Source: Candidatus Saccharimonadota bacterium
GTDB taxonomy: Bacteria > Patescibacteriota > Saccharimonadia > Saccharimonadales > Saccharimonadaceae
DNA length: 64,000 nt
Assembly (NCBI GenBank): GCA_009781895.1
Contig: WQUV01000002.1
Coordinates: 38,293 to 102,292, forward strand
Direction of reading: 5' to 3'
Position numbers and translations under genes: made by a program. This document shows, piece by piece, positions 1 to 8,378 of the stretch (position 1 is its first letter; each line of letters begins with the position of its first letter). Under the pieces are notes generated by a model. That model was not told the DNA's origin and ran no database searches. It was given only the letters and a program-made list of their open reading frames with translations.

Positions 1-570
1 GAGATCCCGTATAGCTAGCGCCCTTTCAGAGCTAGGGGCAATCTTAACTACCCCTGAAGAGGCGATCATTTGCGCCAGGACATTCAGAACTTCTAGCGCT
101 AATTCGGGTTTTTTGTCGACAGCTGCGGCCATTTCGACGATGTTTAGCTTAGCGGTGTCGAGAGCTTTTTTTGAGGGACTCTTAGTAGCAGGGAGGTAAA
201 AAACAGCAGAACGAGAGAGAATGGTCGGGAGGATTTGGGCGCGCGGTGAGGCGAGTAGGACGAAGTGTTGGCGAGCTTCTTCGAGGGTCTTAAGTAGGGC
301 ATTAGAGGCATTAGCGTTAAGAAGCTCGGCGTTTTTGACTATGAGGAAGTTGGGGCTTTCGTCAGTAGAGGCGGCGAGGGCGATGTTTAGGCGTACGAGT
401 TCCTGCGAGACGTCGACGGTAATGCCAGATTTTTTGGCGTCTTTTTCGAAAATCATGGTGCGGGGTGAGGCAGGGAACTGCTTAGCCATCAACTCGGGAT
501 CGCCGAAGAAAATAGTACAGGAGAATCGCCCGGCGATATCTTTGAGGTTGGCATTGCTATCTAGAAACAT
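1..570 (-). CDS. holB: DNA polymerase III delta-prime-like clamp-loader subunit; C-terminus runs off the left edge
   Basis: Not in the ORF track because it is open at the window edge. My minus-strand translation from ATG 568-570 gives MFLDSNANLKD...NASNALLKTLEE...ILPTILSRS, the AAA+ clamp-loader box VII / sensor motifs. No recognisable P-loop. Overlaps the stop of the upstream gene by 14 nt. Confidence 0.55.
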   Translation of the reverse strand, partial: MFLDSNANLKDIAGRFSCTIFFGDPELMAKQFPASPRTMIFEKDAKKSGITVDVSQELVRLNIALAASTDESPNFLIVKNAELLNANASNALLKTLEEARQHFVLLASPRAQILPTILSRSAVFYLPATKSPSKKALDTAKLNIVEMAAAVDKKPELALEVLNVLAQMIASSGVVKIAPSSERALAIRDL

Positions 571-1738
571 ATTTCGCGAACTCCGCTGGGGCCTTGGACT
601 TAAATGTCTTGCGTTCGGAATTCGGCAGGGTTAGCTCAAGCTCGGAAGCGTGGAGCATGACGCGCTTGGCTTTCTTGCCGCCATAGACTTCGTCGCCAAC
701 GATCGGGTGGTTGAGGTAGGCGAGATGAACGCGAAGCTGGTGAGTGCGCCCCGTGGTGGGTTTAAGCTCAAGCAAAGAGTAGAGCTTCATCGGCGCGACT
801 TTGGTAGTTTTGACGTGGGTTTGGGCGGATTTACCGTTGGCGCTGACGAGAAAGGTGGTCGGCTTACGGAAATTACGGGCGATTGGTAGATCTAGTACGA
901 CCTCGGCTTGTTTTGGCTCGCCCTCGACGACCGCGAGGTAGGTTTTCTTGGCTTTGCGCTCGGCGAATTGTTTCTGGAGGAACTTTTCGGCGGTCGGATT
1001 CTTGGCGAGGATCATCACACCAGAGGTGCCGCGGTCGAGACGATGGACGATGCCGCGACGATTACTTGAACCAGCGCGAGGCCCTGCTATCACCTCAGAG
1101 TCAGGAGTAGCCTCGCGAGCCCAATCCATGCGGTCAATTAGCCATGAAGCAACAGTTTCTTCGTCGTTAGCCTCGCCTTTTGAGTGGGATAAGACCCCGG
1201 ATGGTTTGTCGATGACGATAACGTCGTCGTCTTCGTGAATGATGGTGAGATTAAGGGTAGATTCCTTCTCAGCGACTTTTGCGAGGTCGATTTTGATGTC
1301 GTCATCGTATTCGCGGCTAGGTTTTTCGGCTTTTTCGCCATCCACCTCAACTAGGCCGCTCTCGATCTTGAGTTTGGCGCTACCACGACTGATATTGAAA
1401 CGTTCAGCGACCAAGACGTCGAGGCGCTTACGAGGGAATGTGCGAACAAGAGCTACGTCTTTGCCGCGGTCTTCGTCGACCTTGACGAATTGGAGGCGGG
1501 CGTTTGGCGCGATCTTCTTGACTTGGTCTTTGGCGGATTTCTCGATGTCACTTGCTTGATCTTGCGAGACATCAACTGCCCAGTAAGTGACGGGAGCGCC
1601 CTTTTCGTGCTCAAACTTGAACTCGGTAATGTTGTCGACTTGGCGGAGAGCGGTAAGGTTGATGTCGTCAACGATTTGCTCAGCGAGCTCGTCAAATCGC
1701 CAGAGAAAATCAATCGCGTTCTTCTTCGTCCATTTCAT
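557..1738 (-). CDS. RluA/RluD-family pseudouridine synthase with an S4 domain and a ~100-aa N-terminal extension of unknown type
   Basis: S4-like RLDVLVAERFNISRGSAKLKIESGLVEVDG, catalytic HRLDRGTSGVMILAKN, and C-terminal THQLRVHLAYLNHPIVGD. ATGA overlap with the leuS stop. Confidence 0.8.
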   Translation of the reverse strand: MKWTKKNAIDFLWRFDELAEQIVDDINLTALRQVDNITEFKFEHEKGAPVTYWAVDVSQDQASDIEKSAKDQVKKIAPNARLQFVKVDEDRGKDVALVRTFPRKRLDVLVAERFNISRGSAKLKIESGLVEVDGEKAEKPSREYDDDIKIDLAKVAEKESTLNLTIIHEDDDVIVIDKPSGVLSHSKGEANDEETVASWLIDRMDWAREATPDSEVIAGPRAGSSNRRGIVHRLDRGTSGVMILAKNPTAEKFLQKQFAERKAKKTYLAVVEGEPKQAEVVLDLPIARNFRKPTTFLVSANGKSAQTHVKTTKVAPMKLYSLLELKPTTGRTHQLRVHLAYLNHPIVGDEVYGGKKAKRVMLHASELELTLPNSERKTFKSKAPAEFAKYVSR

Positions 1739-4641
1739 ATAACTATGTTTACCAATCTGTTTTTTGTAACCACAATCGTCTTCTTGATAGGGGTGGAGCC
1801 GATGAACTGCTTGACTCTTACATCGTTTTCTGCTATACTTTGGAGGGTTTCCTGCGTGACTTGGTCGGCAGGAACTTTTACTTTGCTCCTGACCTTGCCA
1901 TTAATCTGGATAACGACTTCGACTTCTGTGTCAACGAGGTCTTTTTCGTCGTAGGTCGGGAACTCGGCAGTGTCCAGCTGTTTACCTGTCAGCTGATGAT
2001 AGAGCTCGTGCGAGATGTGGGGCGCGAAAGAACTAAGGAGGAGACAGAAGTCGGCCATGGTTTCTTTGTCGGGGCCATGCTTCGAGAGGTCGTTAAGGCC
2101 GCCCATTAATGCGGCGACTGCGGTATTGAAGTGCATACCGTCGAGGTCGTCACGAACTTTCTTGACGGTCTTGGCGCGCACGCGCCTTAGCTCGGCAGCC
2201 CACCCTTCGGCAGGAATAGCCTTTACTGTCTCAGAATCAGACTTCTGGGCCTGCTGACATAAGTTCCAGACACGGACGAGGAAGCGGTAGGTGCCGGCGA
2301 CGCCTTCGGGGTTCCATGGGGTGGTTTGGTCGAACGGGGCGAGGAAGGCGATAGCGAGGCGAAGAGCGTCGGCGCCATAGCCGTCATTGATGACAGAAGT
2401 TGGGTTAATAACATTGCCGAGAGACTTCGACATTTTGCGGCCATCGGAGGCGAGAATGATGCCTTGACCGCGACGCGCGGCGTAGGGCTCGGGGGTCGGG
2501 ACAAGTTTGTGGTCATAGAAGAACTGATGCCAGAAGCGAGAGTAGAGCAAGTGGAGGGTGGTATGCTCCATGCCGCCGAGGTAGAGGTCGACTTCGCCCC
2601 AGTACTTGAGCTTTTTCGGATCGGCGAAGGCTTGGTCGTTATGGGCATCGAAATAGCGGAGCCAGTACCAACTAGAGCCAGCCCAGTTTGGCATGGTGTC
2701 GGTTTCGCGTTTGGCGGGCTTTTGGCATTTCGGGCATGGGACGTTTACCCAGTCAGGGACGCTCGCAAGGACACTTTCGCCAGTATCAGACGGTTCGTAG
2801 CTATCGACTTTTGGCAAGACGACAGGAAGGTCTTTGTCGGGGACTGGGACGGCACCACAATCAGCGCAATGAATGATCGGGATAGGTTCGCCCCAGTAGC
2901 GCTGACGGCTAAAGATCCAATCGCGAAGCTTGAAGCTAGTCTTACGCGAAGCTGCGCCCATAGACTCGAGCTTTGCGATGATTTTTTCGCTGGCGTCTGA
3001 TGACAGGAGGCCGTCAAATTCGCCAGAATTGATCATGGTACCACAATCGGTATGGCAAATCATCTTGCCGTCGAGCCAGTCAGTGATGATATCTAGAGGA
3101 TCATGAGGTGTGAGACTAGAGAGGTCAGAGCGAGGCGCCCAGACAGCCTCGATACCCTCGGCAGCCTCAATCTCGTCGAGTTCTGGCTGGTCGCGGTCGA
3201 GATCTTCGAGCTGGAAGTGGAGGTAGATGGTAGTGATGTCACGATTGATGTCTTTGTGTGCGGCATAGAAGCAAGAATGGCGACAGTAAGGCATTTCGCC
3301 CAAGTATTTGAGGTTTTTATAGCCAGTCTCCTCGGTGATTTCGCGGCGCGCGGCCTCCTCGGCGGTTTCGCCGTCTTCAATGCCGCCCTTTGGTAGTGTG
3401 CGCCAGCCGCGCTTGGTCCAGTTAATGGTTAGGTATTCGTCTTTCTCGGGGTGCTTGACTAGGCAGCTGACAGTCTGGCGCTTGGTGTTTTTCTTGCCAG
3501 CGCGGGGAGGGTCGACGGGATTCGCTTCTTCGGCGGCGACAACCTGGACGATAGGCAGAGAATACTTGCTGGCGAATTCGTGATCGCGCTCGTCGTGGGC
3601 GGGGACGGCCATAATCGCACCCTCGCCATAAGTCGCAAGGACGTAGTCGGCGATCCAGATTGGCATTTTATCGCCAGAAATGGGATTCGTTGCGTAAGCG
3701 CCAGTGAAGACGCCGGTTTTGTTTTTCTCTTCGGCACGGGCGATTTCGGATTTGGCGGCGACCATTTTCTTGTATGAATTGACTTCTGGCTTGGCGTCTT
3801 TGGTGGTGATCCGGTCTACAAGTGGGTGCTCTGGGGCCAAGACAAGGAACGAAGCGCCACAAATAGTGTCAGGGCGGGTGGTGAAGACTTTAATCTTATG
3901 TGTCGCCTCGCCAGATGTCTCAGATTCAGCTGGCGCGACTACAAACGAGATCTCAGCACCTTCACTTCGACCGATCCAATTTACCTGCTGGTCAGCGATG
4001 CGACTTGGGTAGTCGACATTTTCGAGACCTTCAATAAGGCGATCGGCATACTTTGTGATGCGGAGCATCCACTGCTTTAATTTCTTTTTCTCGACTAAAG
4101 TCTCGCAGCGTTCGTGGCGGCCACTAGAGAGGACTTCTTCGTTGGCGAGGCCGGTTTTGCAGCGCGGACACCAGTTGATAGAGGATTCTTCTTGATAGGC
4201 CATGTCATGCTTGTAGAATTGAAGGAAGAGCCACTGAGTCCACTTGTAATAGCCGGGGTCGGTAGTGTTGATGACGCGAGTCCAGTCGAAAGAGTAGCCA
4301 AGCGACTTGAACTGGTCGGTGAAAGTCGCTACATTGCGCTCGGTGGCCTCCTGTGGGGTGATATTGTTTTTGATGGCGTAGTTCTCGGTAGGTAGACCGA
4401 AGGCATCGAAGCCCATAGGGTACATGACGTTGTAGCCTTGAAGGCGCTTATAGCGCGCGATAATGTCGCCATAGGTGTATTCGCGGGTATGACCAAGGTG
4501 AAGACCATCGCCACTAGGATACGGGAACTCGGTGAGCATGACGAACTTCGGTTTCTTACCAAAATCGAGGGCGAGGTAGGGGTTCTTTGACCAATACTGT
4601 TGCCACTTCTGCTCTACCGCTCCCGGATCATATTTTTCCAT
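1735..4641 (-). CDS. leuS: Leucyl-tRNA synthetase (968 aa) carrying an internal Nudix-domain insertion
   Basis: Landmarks: MEKYDPGAVEQKWQQYW, HLGH, CP1 TRPDT, AVPAHDERDHEFA, NSGEFDG, KMSKS. The start is set at ATG 4641 (not 4755) because TATAGT lies 6 nt upstream and the LeuS N-terminus is canonical from there. Confidence 0.93.
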   Translation of the reverse strand: MEKYDPGAVEQKWQQYWSKNPYLALDFGKKPKFVMLTEFPYPSGDGLHLGHTREYTYGDIIARYKRLQGYNVMYPMGFDAFGLPTENYAIKNNITPQEATERNVATFTDQFKSLGYSFDWTRVINTTDPGYYKWTQWLFLQFYKHDMAYQEESSINWCPRCKTGLANEEVLSSGRHERCETLVEKKKLKQWMLRITKYADRLIEGLENVDYPSRIADQQVNWIGRSEGAEISFVVAPAESETSGEATHKIKVFTTRPDTICGASFLVLAPEHPLVDRITTKDAKPEVNSYKKMVAAKSEIARAEEKNKTGVFTGAYATNPISGDKMPIWIADYVLATYGEGAIMAVPAHDERDHEFASKYSLPIVQVVAAEEANPVDPPRAGKKNTKRQTVSCLVKHPEKDEYLTINWTKRGWRTLPKGGIEDGETAEEAARREITEETGYKNLKYLGEMPYCRHSCFYAAHKDINRDITTIYLHFQLEDLDRDQPELDEIEAAEGIEAVWAPRSDLSSLTPHDPLDIITDWLDGKMICHTDCGTMINSGEFDGLLSSDASEKIIAKLESMGAASRKTSFKLRDWIFSRQRYWGEPIPIIHCADCGAVPVPDKDLPVVLPKVDSYEPSDTGESVLASVPDWVNVPCPKCQKPAKRETDTMPNWAGSSWYWLRYFDAHNDQAFADPKKLKYWGEVDLYLGGMEHTTLHLLYSRFWHQFFYDHKLVPTPEPYAARRGQGIILASDGRKMSKSLGNVINPTSVINDGYGADALRLAIAFLAPFDQTTPWNPEGVAGTYRFLVRVWNLCQQAQKSDSETVKAIPAEGWAAELRRVRAKTVKKVRDDLDGMHFNTAVAALMGGLNDLSKHGPDKETMADFCLLLSSFAPHISHELYHQLTGKQLDTAEFPTYDEKDLVDTEVEVVIQINGKVRSKVKVPADQVTQETLQSIAENDVRVKQFIGSTPIKKTIVVTKNRLVNIVI

Positions 4642-4647
4642 GCTTAT

Positions 4648-4653
4648 ACTATA
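4648..4653 (-). promoter_or_regulatory. -10 element (TGGTATAGT) 6 nt upstream of the leuS ATG; leaderless architecture
   Basis: Minus strand reads tggTATAGTataagcATG. Confidence 0.55.
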
Positions 4654-4846
4654 CCATAAATAACGACTAAAATGAAAAGTCCCGCCAGGATAATTGATCT
4701 GGTGAGGTTTAAGAATTAATGGTTCACCTGCTTGTCGAACGCGGTGAGAACGCAATCGGCAGTTCGACGAAGTTCGTCAAGAGTATAGACAAGAGTATAG
4801 CAAATATGGTATAATAGCACTATAAACTAGCTTGATGGGAGAAATC

Positions 4847-5209
4847 ATGCGATTGAATATAGAAAAGATTATTTTTGCTCTAGGAGCTGCCTTAGTGTTG
4901 GCGCTTGTGCCAGTGACGGTAGCAGCAAATACGTTTGGTGATAGCAGTGATCTGCAAAATCCACCAGCCTACGAAGATATGATCGGTGTGGAGCAGGCAG
5001 ACGAAGAGACCGAAGAGGAAGAAGCTGAAGAAGACGAGAGCGGTGATTCACGCCTAATGCTAGTCGTTGGTGGTGTTGCGCTCGCGGTGGCAGTAATCGG
5101 CAGCGCGATCTATGCCTTTCGTAAGCCGAGAGGTATAGATGCTAATGCGGCGCGACCTAGTGTCGAGCTAAACACAGTAGAGACTGAAGAATCTGACGAC
5201 GAAGCCTAG
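4847..5209 (+). CDS. Small acidic membrane/secreted protein with an N-terminal signal/TM, a Glu-rich middle and a C-terminal TM; paralog of 5608-6015
   Basis: GGGAGAAATC SD before ATG 4847. MRLNIEKIIFALGAALVLALVPV, then EETEEEEAEEDE, then LMLVVGGVALAVAVIGSAIYAF. Confidence 0.6.
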   Translation: MRLNIEKIIFALGAALVLALVPVTVAANTFGDSSDLQNPPAYEDMIGVEQADEETEEEEAEEDESGDSRLMLVVGGVALAVAVIGSAIYAFRKPRGIDANAARPSVELNTVETEESDDEA

Positions 5210-5215
5210 AGCGAG

Positions 5216-5518
5216 CTATTTAACCTCGGTGTAGCGGATAGTCTTGCCGTCTTTTTGATACTTGCGGGATTCGTTTCGCGCGATTTTCTTCGCAATCTCG
5301 GCCTCGAGATCGACATCAAGCATCTGCGAAAGACCCATCAAGTAGATCGCTACATCGGCTAGCTCTTCGCCGACATTGCCTCTTTGTCTACTGAAAGACT
5401 CGTAAGCTTCGGCCAGCTCGCCATGAAGCAGGCAGAACTCCATGCTGACATCAGTGACATTAAATCCTTTGTCGAGTTTGTTCTGATAGGCTAGTTTTTG
5501 CATATCTGACAGGGTCAT
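5216..5518 (-). CDS. MazG-like nucleotide pyrophosphohydrolase (all-alpha NTP-PPase), 100 aa
   Basis: HGELAEAYE...EELADVAIYLMGL, the EExxE/D-type MazG motifs. Start taken at MTLSDMQ. Confidence 0.6.
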   Translation of the reverse strand: MTLSDMQKLAYQNKLDKGFNVTDVSMEFCLLHGELAEAYESFSRQRGNVGEELADVAIYLMGLSQMLDVDLEAEIAKKIARNESRKYQKDGKTIRYTEVK

Positions 5519-5607
5519 ATAACTAGAATTATAACATAATATGGGGTTGTATGGCGAGGAAAGCGTATGATATAATAACGTTAACACTATAAGGTAAGTG
5601 AGGTAGT

Positions 5608-6015
5608 ATGAAACTAAATATCAAAAAGACAGCTCTAGCGCTAGGTGCGGTTTTGACGTTGGCTCTTGTGCCGGTATCGACATCGGCAATATATAACGCT
5701 GGCATGGAAGAGGGCACTTACAACCCACTATCACGCATCGGCGGTGATGACGGATACGAGGCGGTGATGGCGACAAACGAAACGATAATACCAATCAGCG
5801 ATGAGGTTGATATGATCCCAATTAGCGGTGACTACCTCGACTTAGACGCTATCATGGACGAGCTAGCAAATATGGAGGCGATCAGCGGAGAGCTAGGTGC
5901 TACAGAGGAAGACAGCACGAACACAATTGCTATTCGGATTATGTTGGCGGGTGGTATAACAGCTATGGCGGTAGTGGTAGGTCTAGTGGTGATGGCACAT
6001 AAAAAGTCTGCCTAA
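5608..6015 (+). CDS. Small acidic membrane/secreted protein, paralog of 4847-5209
   Basis: MKLNIKKTALALGAVLTLALVPV is nearly identical to the N-terminus of the 4847 gene. Acidic middle, then C-terminal TM plus HKKSA tail. SD GTGAGG. Confidence 0.6.
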   Translation: MKLNIKKTALALGAVLTLALVPVSTSAIYNAGMEEGTYNPLSRIGGDDGYEAVMATNETIIPISDEVDMIPISGDYLDLDAIMDELANMEAISGELGATEEDSTNTIAIRIMLAGGITAMAVVVGLVVMAHKKSA

Positions 6016-6044
6016 TTGACTTGTAAGCATAAACGTGGTATAAT
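6016..6044 (+). promoter_or_regulatory. Promoter cassette copy a (TTGACT-17-TATAAT with a conserved spacer)
   Basis: TTGACTTGTAAGCATAAACGTGGTATAAT. One of five near-identical copies. Confidence 0.65.
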
Positions 6045-6118
6045 GATAGTGCAAGACCTAGGAGAGGGCGGTGATGCCCTCTCTGTAACTTAAAAAGATT
6101 CTGAGAGGATGATGTGAG

Positions 6119-6673
6119 ATGACAGGTACGATGGTACTCTTTACGCTGCAACAAAAACTGATGAAAGCCATACAAGACGAGGTGGCAACTGGTCCATTTA
6201 GTTCTAAGGGCGGCGCAATGTGCTTTCTTTTCTACCCCAAGAGAGGTGAAGCCTTAGAATACCTAACGGATGGCCATACGGAATTAGTGCGAACGTTAGG
6301 CGCGCAGGCAGCGATGATGCGCGATGAAGAAGGTGAATACCTGCTAATGACTGCGCCGATCGGCGCAGGCTGCAATCGACAAGGGCACCATATTAGACGC
6401 ATTACAGCACTGGCTAATGACCAGGCGCACCGCGACAGTATGGCAGCATTCGACATCAAGAATTCGCTTGGCACGCACGATGCAGTACAGAACTTTGACT
6501 GGATGCGGATCTACGTAGCAACCTGTTTTGATGAGGGCTTTGAGGGCGGGTCTGGTGTCTACGATTTCTGCACGCCAGCTGTACAGCCCGTGCTGCAAAA
6601 GTTTGCCAGGTCGCTATTTCGAGCAAAGGACGACCAATACTTACTGTCGATACCAGAGCTAGACGGGAAATAG
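6119..6673 (+). CDS. Hypothetical protein, 184 aa
   Basis: Long ORF with SD GAGAGGATGATGTGAG-ATG, downstream of cassette promoter a. No motif recognised. Confidence 0.55.
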   Translation: MTGTMVLFTLQQKLMKAIQDEVATGPFSSKGGAMCFLFYPKRGEALEYLTDGHTELVRTLGAQAAMMRDEEGEYLLMTAPIGAGCNRQGHHIRRITALANDQAHRDSMAAFDIKNSLGTHDAVQNFDWMRIYVATCFDEGFEGGSGVYDFCTPAVQPVLQKFARSLFRAKDDQYLLSIPELDGK

Positions 6674-6693
6674 CAATCACTACGATGAATCGT

Positions 6694-6731
6694 AAAACCG
6701 CACTGACGCATTTTGCGTTGGGGCGGTTTTT
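6694..6731 (+). terminator. Rho-independent terminator
   Basis: AAAACCGC...(inner ACGCA/TGCGT)...GCGGTTTTT, directly after the stop at 6673. Confidence 0.6.
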
Positions 6732-6769
6732 AATTGGTTTGCGCTTTTAGGCTTTCAGAGGTAGTAAGA

Positions 6770-6798
6770 TTGACTTTTTAGCATAACTGTGATATAAT
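6770..6798 (+). promoter_or_regulatory. Promoter cassette copy b
   Basis: TTGACTTTTTAGCATAACTGTGATATAAT. Confidence 0.65.
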
Positions 6799-6828
6799 GT
6801 GGGCATATGTTGGTGCGGGCAAAGAAAG

Positions 6829-6837
6829 CCCCCCCCC
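6829..6837 (+). repeat. C9 homopolymer in the 5' leader of the helicase remnant
   Basis: Counted directly: gcccccccccaac. Confidence 0.9.
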
Positions 6838-6935
6838 AACGCTGGGTAAAAGCCTGGGAATTCGTAAGAGGGTGTGAAAACTTTTATAATTTAGTTACTT
6901 ATAATCCTAAATATTCTAGAGAAGGAGTGGTATGA

Positions 6936-7607
6936 ATGCCATTTGTAAAACCGCGTACGATCGACATTAGTCGCAACCATCAAGTAATATGCTGGGCAAA
7001 CCTCAAAGAAGCCCGCGCTATGGGTGAAGACAGAGCTCTCGTCATTATGGCGAGTGGGCTCGGCAAAACTATCACCGCGATTGTGGACGCTAAAGAGTTC
7101 ATCGCAGAGCACGGAGGAAGAGTGTTAGTCCTGTGCCACCGTAACGACATTCTCGAGCAACTGAACGGAGAATTCCAAGCAATACTTGGTAATGAGTATA
7201 GCTACGGTCTCTACAACGGCAACGAGAAAAGAAACACAGTCTGCGGCAATGAGGATGGCGAAAAGGTAGACTTTCTGTTTGCCAGCTTCCAAACTATGGC
7301 CGACGATATGCGACGGAAAGAGTTTGCAAGAGATGAATTCACTTATATAATTGTGGATGAGGCTCATCATGCTCCCGCCCGCACATTCTACCAGACCTTA
7401 AAATACTTCACGCCCAAGTTCCTATTAGGGTTAACAGCTACACCTGACCGCAAGGACAAGGCGAATCTGAACGCTATTTTCGGCAGAACTGTTTATGAAA
7501 AACGGTTTGCTGAAGCAATAGCAGAGAGACTACTGGTACGCCCGATACATATATTAAATAACTATTTCCTAAATCAATTTTTTTGGCTGGCGAATATGAT
7601 CCTCTAG
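6936..7607 (+). pseudogene. SF2 (DEAD/DEAH, type III restriction Res-like) helicase, truncated after motif III
   Basis: Motif I ASGLGKT, motif II VDEAHH, motif III LTATPDRKD. The homologous sequence stops near 7541 and reads into low-GC DNA. The C-terminal RecA domain is absent. Confidence 0.7.
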
Positions 7608-7644
7608 TTTTATAATCGTCTAAAAATATATTTTCAATTTTCAT
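7474..7644 (-). pseudogene. N-terminal fragment of a RidA/YjgF-like gene, fused at about 7541 to antisense helicase sequence
   Basis: GGGAGG SD. MKIENIFLDDYKTRGSYSPAKKIDLGNSYLIYVSG resembles a RidA N-terminus, then runs into unrelated sequence. Below the track size cutoff. Confidence 0.35.
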
Positions 7645-7658
7645 TTAATTGCCTCCCA

Positions 7659-8027
7659 CTAAACATATTTTGTATCTTGGTTTCTATCAATAATATTATG
7701 AGCGTGTTTCATTTCATCGGGAGTATTAATATATATTATTTTATATTTGCCCGAGGTTAAACCATTAACGTAGTCGTGGCCTACCTCGAGAATATGCACT
7801 AACCCCCAATACAACCATTTTCCGTTTATATTTTCTACCAAAAAGTTTCTAACTGGCGGTCTATGATAGATCCTTATATTTGGCTTGTTTTTAAACTCGA
7901 AAATTATGTTTTCAAAATCTTTAGCCAAATATGGTTTTACAATATGATTTTCGTATTCCAATTCTTTTGGAAAACCTTGCTCTCTTGTTATTTGTAAAGT
8001 GTCGTTAGTTTCTATAAATGATCCCAT
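7659..8027 (-). CDS. Hypothetical protein, 122 aa, in the low-GC patch
   Basis: AAGGAGGATATAAAAAA-ATG. Intact ORF, family not recognised. Confidence 0.5.
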   Translation of the reverse strand: MGSFIETNDTLQITREQGFPKELEYENHIVKPYLAKDFENIIFEFKNKPNIRIYHRPPVRNFLVENINGKWLYWGLVHILEVGHDYVNGLTSGKYKIIYINTPDEMKHAHNIIDRNQDTKYV

Positions 8028-8046
8028 TTTTTTATATCCTCCTTTT

Positions 8047-8202
8047 TTATTCTATACCATAAGCCGTAGCGTCAAATATTTTTTTGACTAGCTCTTTTTG
8101 ATCCGCATTATATGGGTTAATTACTTTAAAACCAACGGGTAAATCAAGTGATTTATTCGATAACTTATTATTAAAACTTAATATTTTTTCCGCAAAAGTC
8201 AT
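8047..8202 (-). pseudogene. Short ORF (51 aa), possibly the N-terminal fragment of a UDG-superfamily (DUF4918-like) gene
   Basis: GAGGTGATTACAA-ATG. MTFAEKILSFNNKLS..LPVGFKVINPY recalls that family's N-terminus. Tentative. Confidence 0.25.
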
Positions 8203-8378
8203 TTGTAATCACCTCATAAAATGATTGTACTATATTTTAGCCTCTTTTTATAGCTTACTAGCAACAAAAAAGAGATTTAGCTTATGACTAATCTCTAGTG
8301 TTATAAGCCGAGTGCTTATAGCTTAAATTTAACAGCGAAACCTCCTACAAAGTAGTAAAAAGTTCGTGTAAGTACAAA

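Larger units (their letters stand above)
7545..8370. other. Low-GC patch (visibly AT-rich versus flanks) carrying minus-strand gene fragments with strong GGAGG-type SDs
   Basis: Abrupt composition change at about 7541 and about 8375. Contains three short minus-strand ORFs. Confidence 0.6.

Noticed and set aside
221-634. Plus-strand 137-aa ORF, and the many similar shadow ORFs throughout the track (for example 650-889, 1239-1559, 34898-35173, 55410-56279).
   Set aside because: They lie antisense to or nested within ORFs with clear family motifs, have Arg/Ser/Leu-rich composition typical of off-frame translation, and lack start signals.
1735-1738. Possible UGA recoding (genetic code 25 or 4), as in some CPR lineages.
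   Set aside because: TGA terminates well-conserved proteins at their expected ends (leuS, PIN-TRAM, DUF218), often in ATGA overlaps, and no conserved protein shows an internal TGA.
4642-4755. 38-codon N-terminal extension of leuS.
   Set aside because: LeuS homology begins at MEKYDPGAVEQKWQ. The extension covers the promoter (TGGTATAGT).
7545-8370. Calling the low-GC patch a mobile element or prophage remnant.
   Set aside because: There is no integrase, transposase, terminal inverted repeat or target-site duplication visible. Only composition and fragmentary genes support a foreign origin, so it is reported as a recombination scar.
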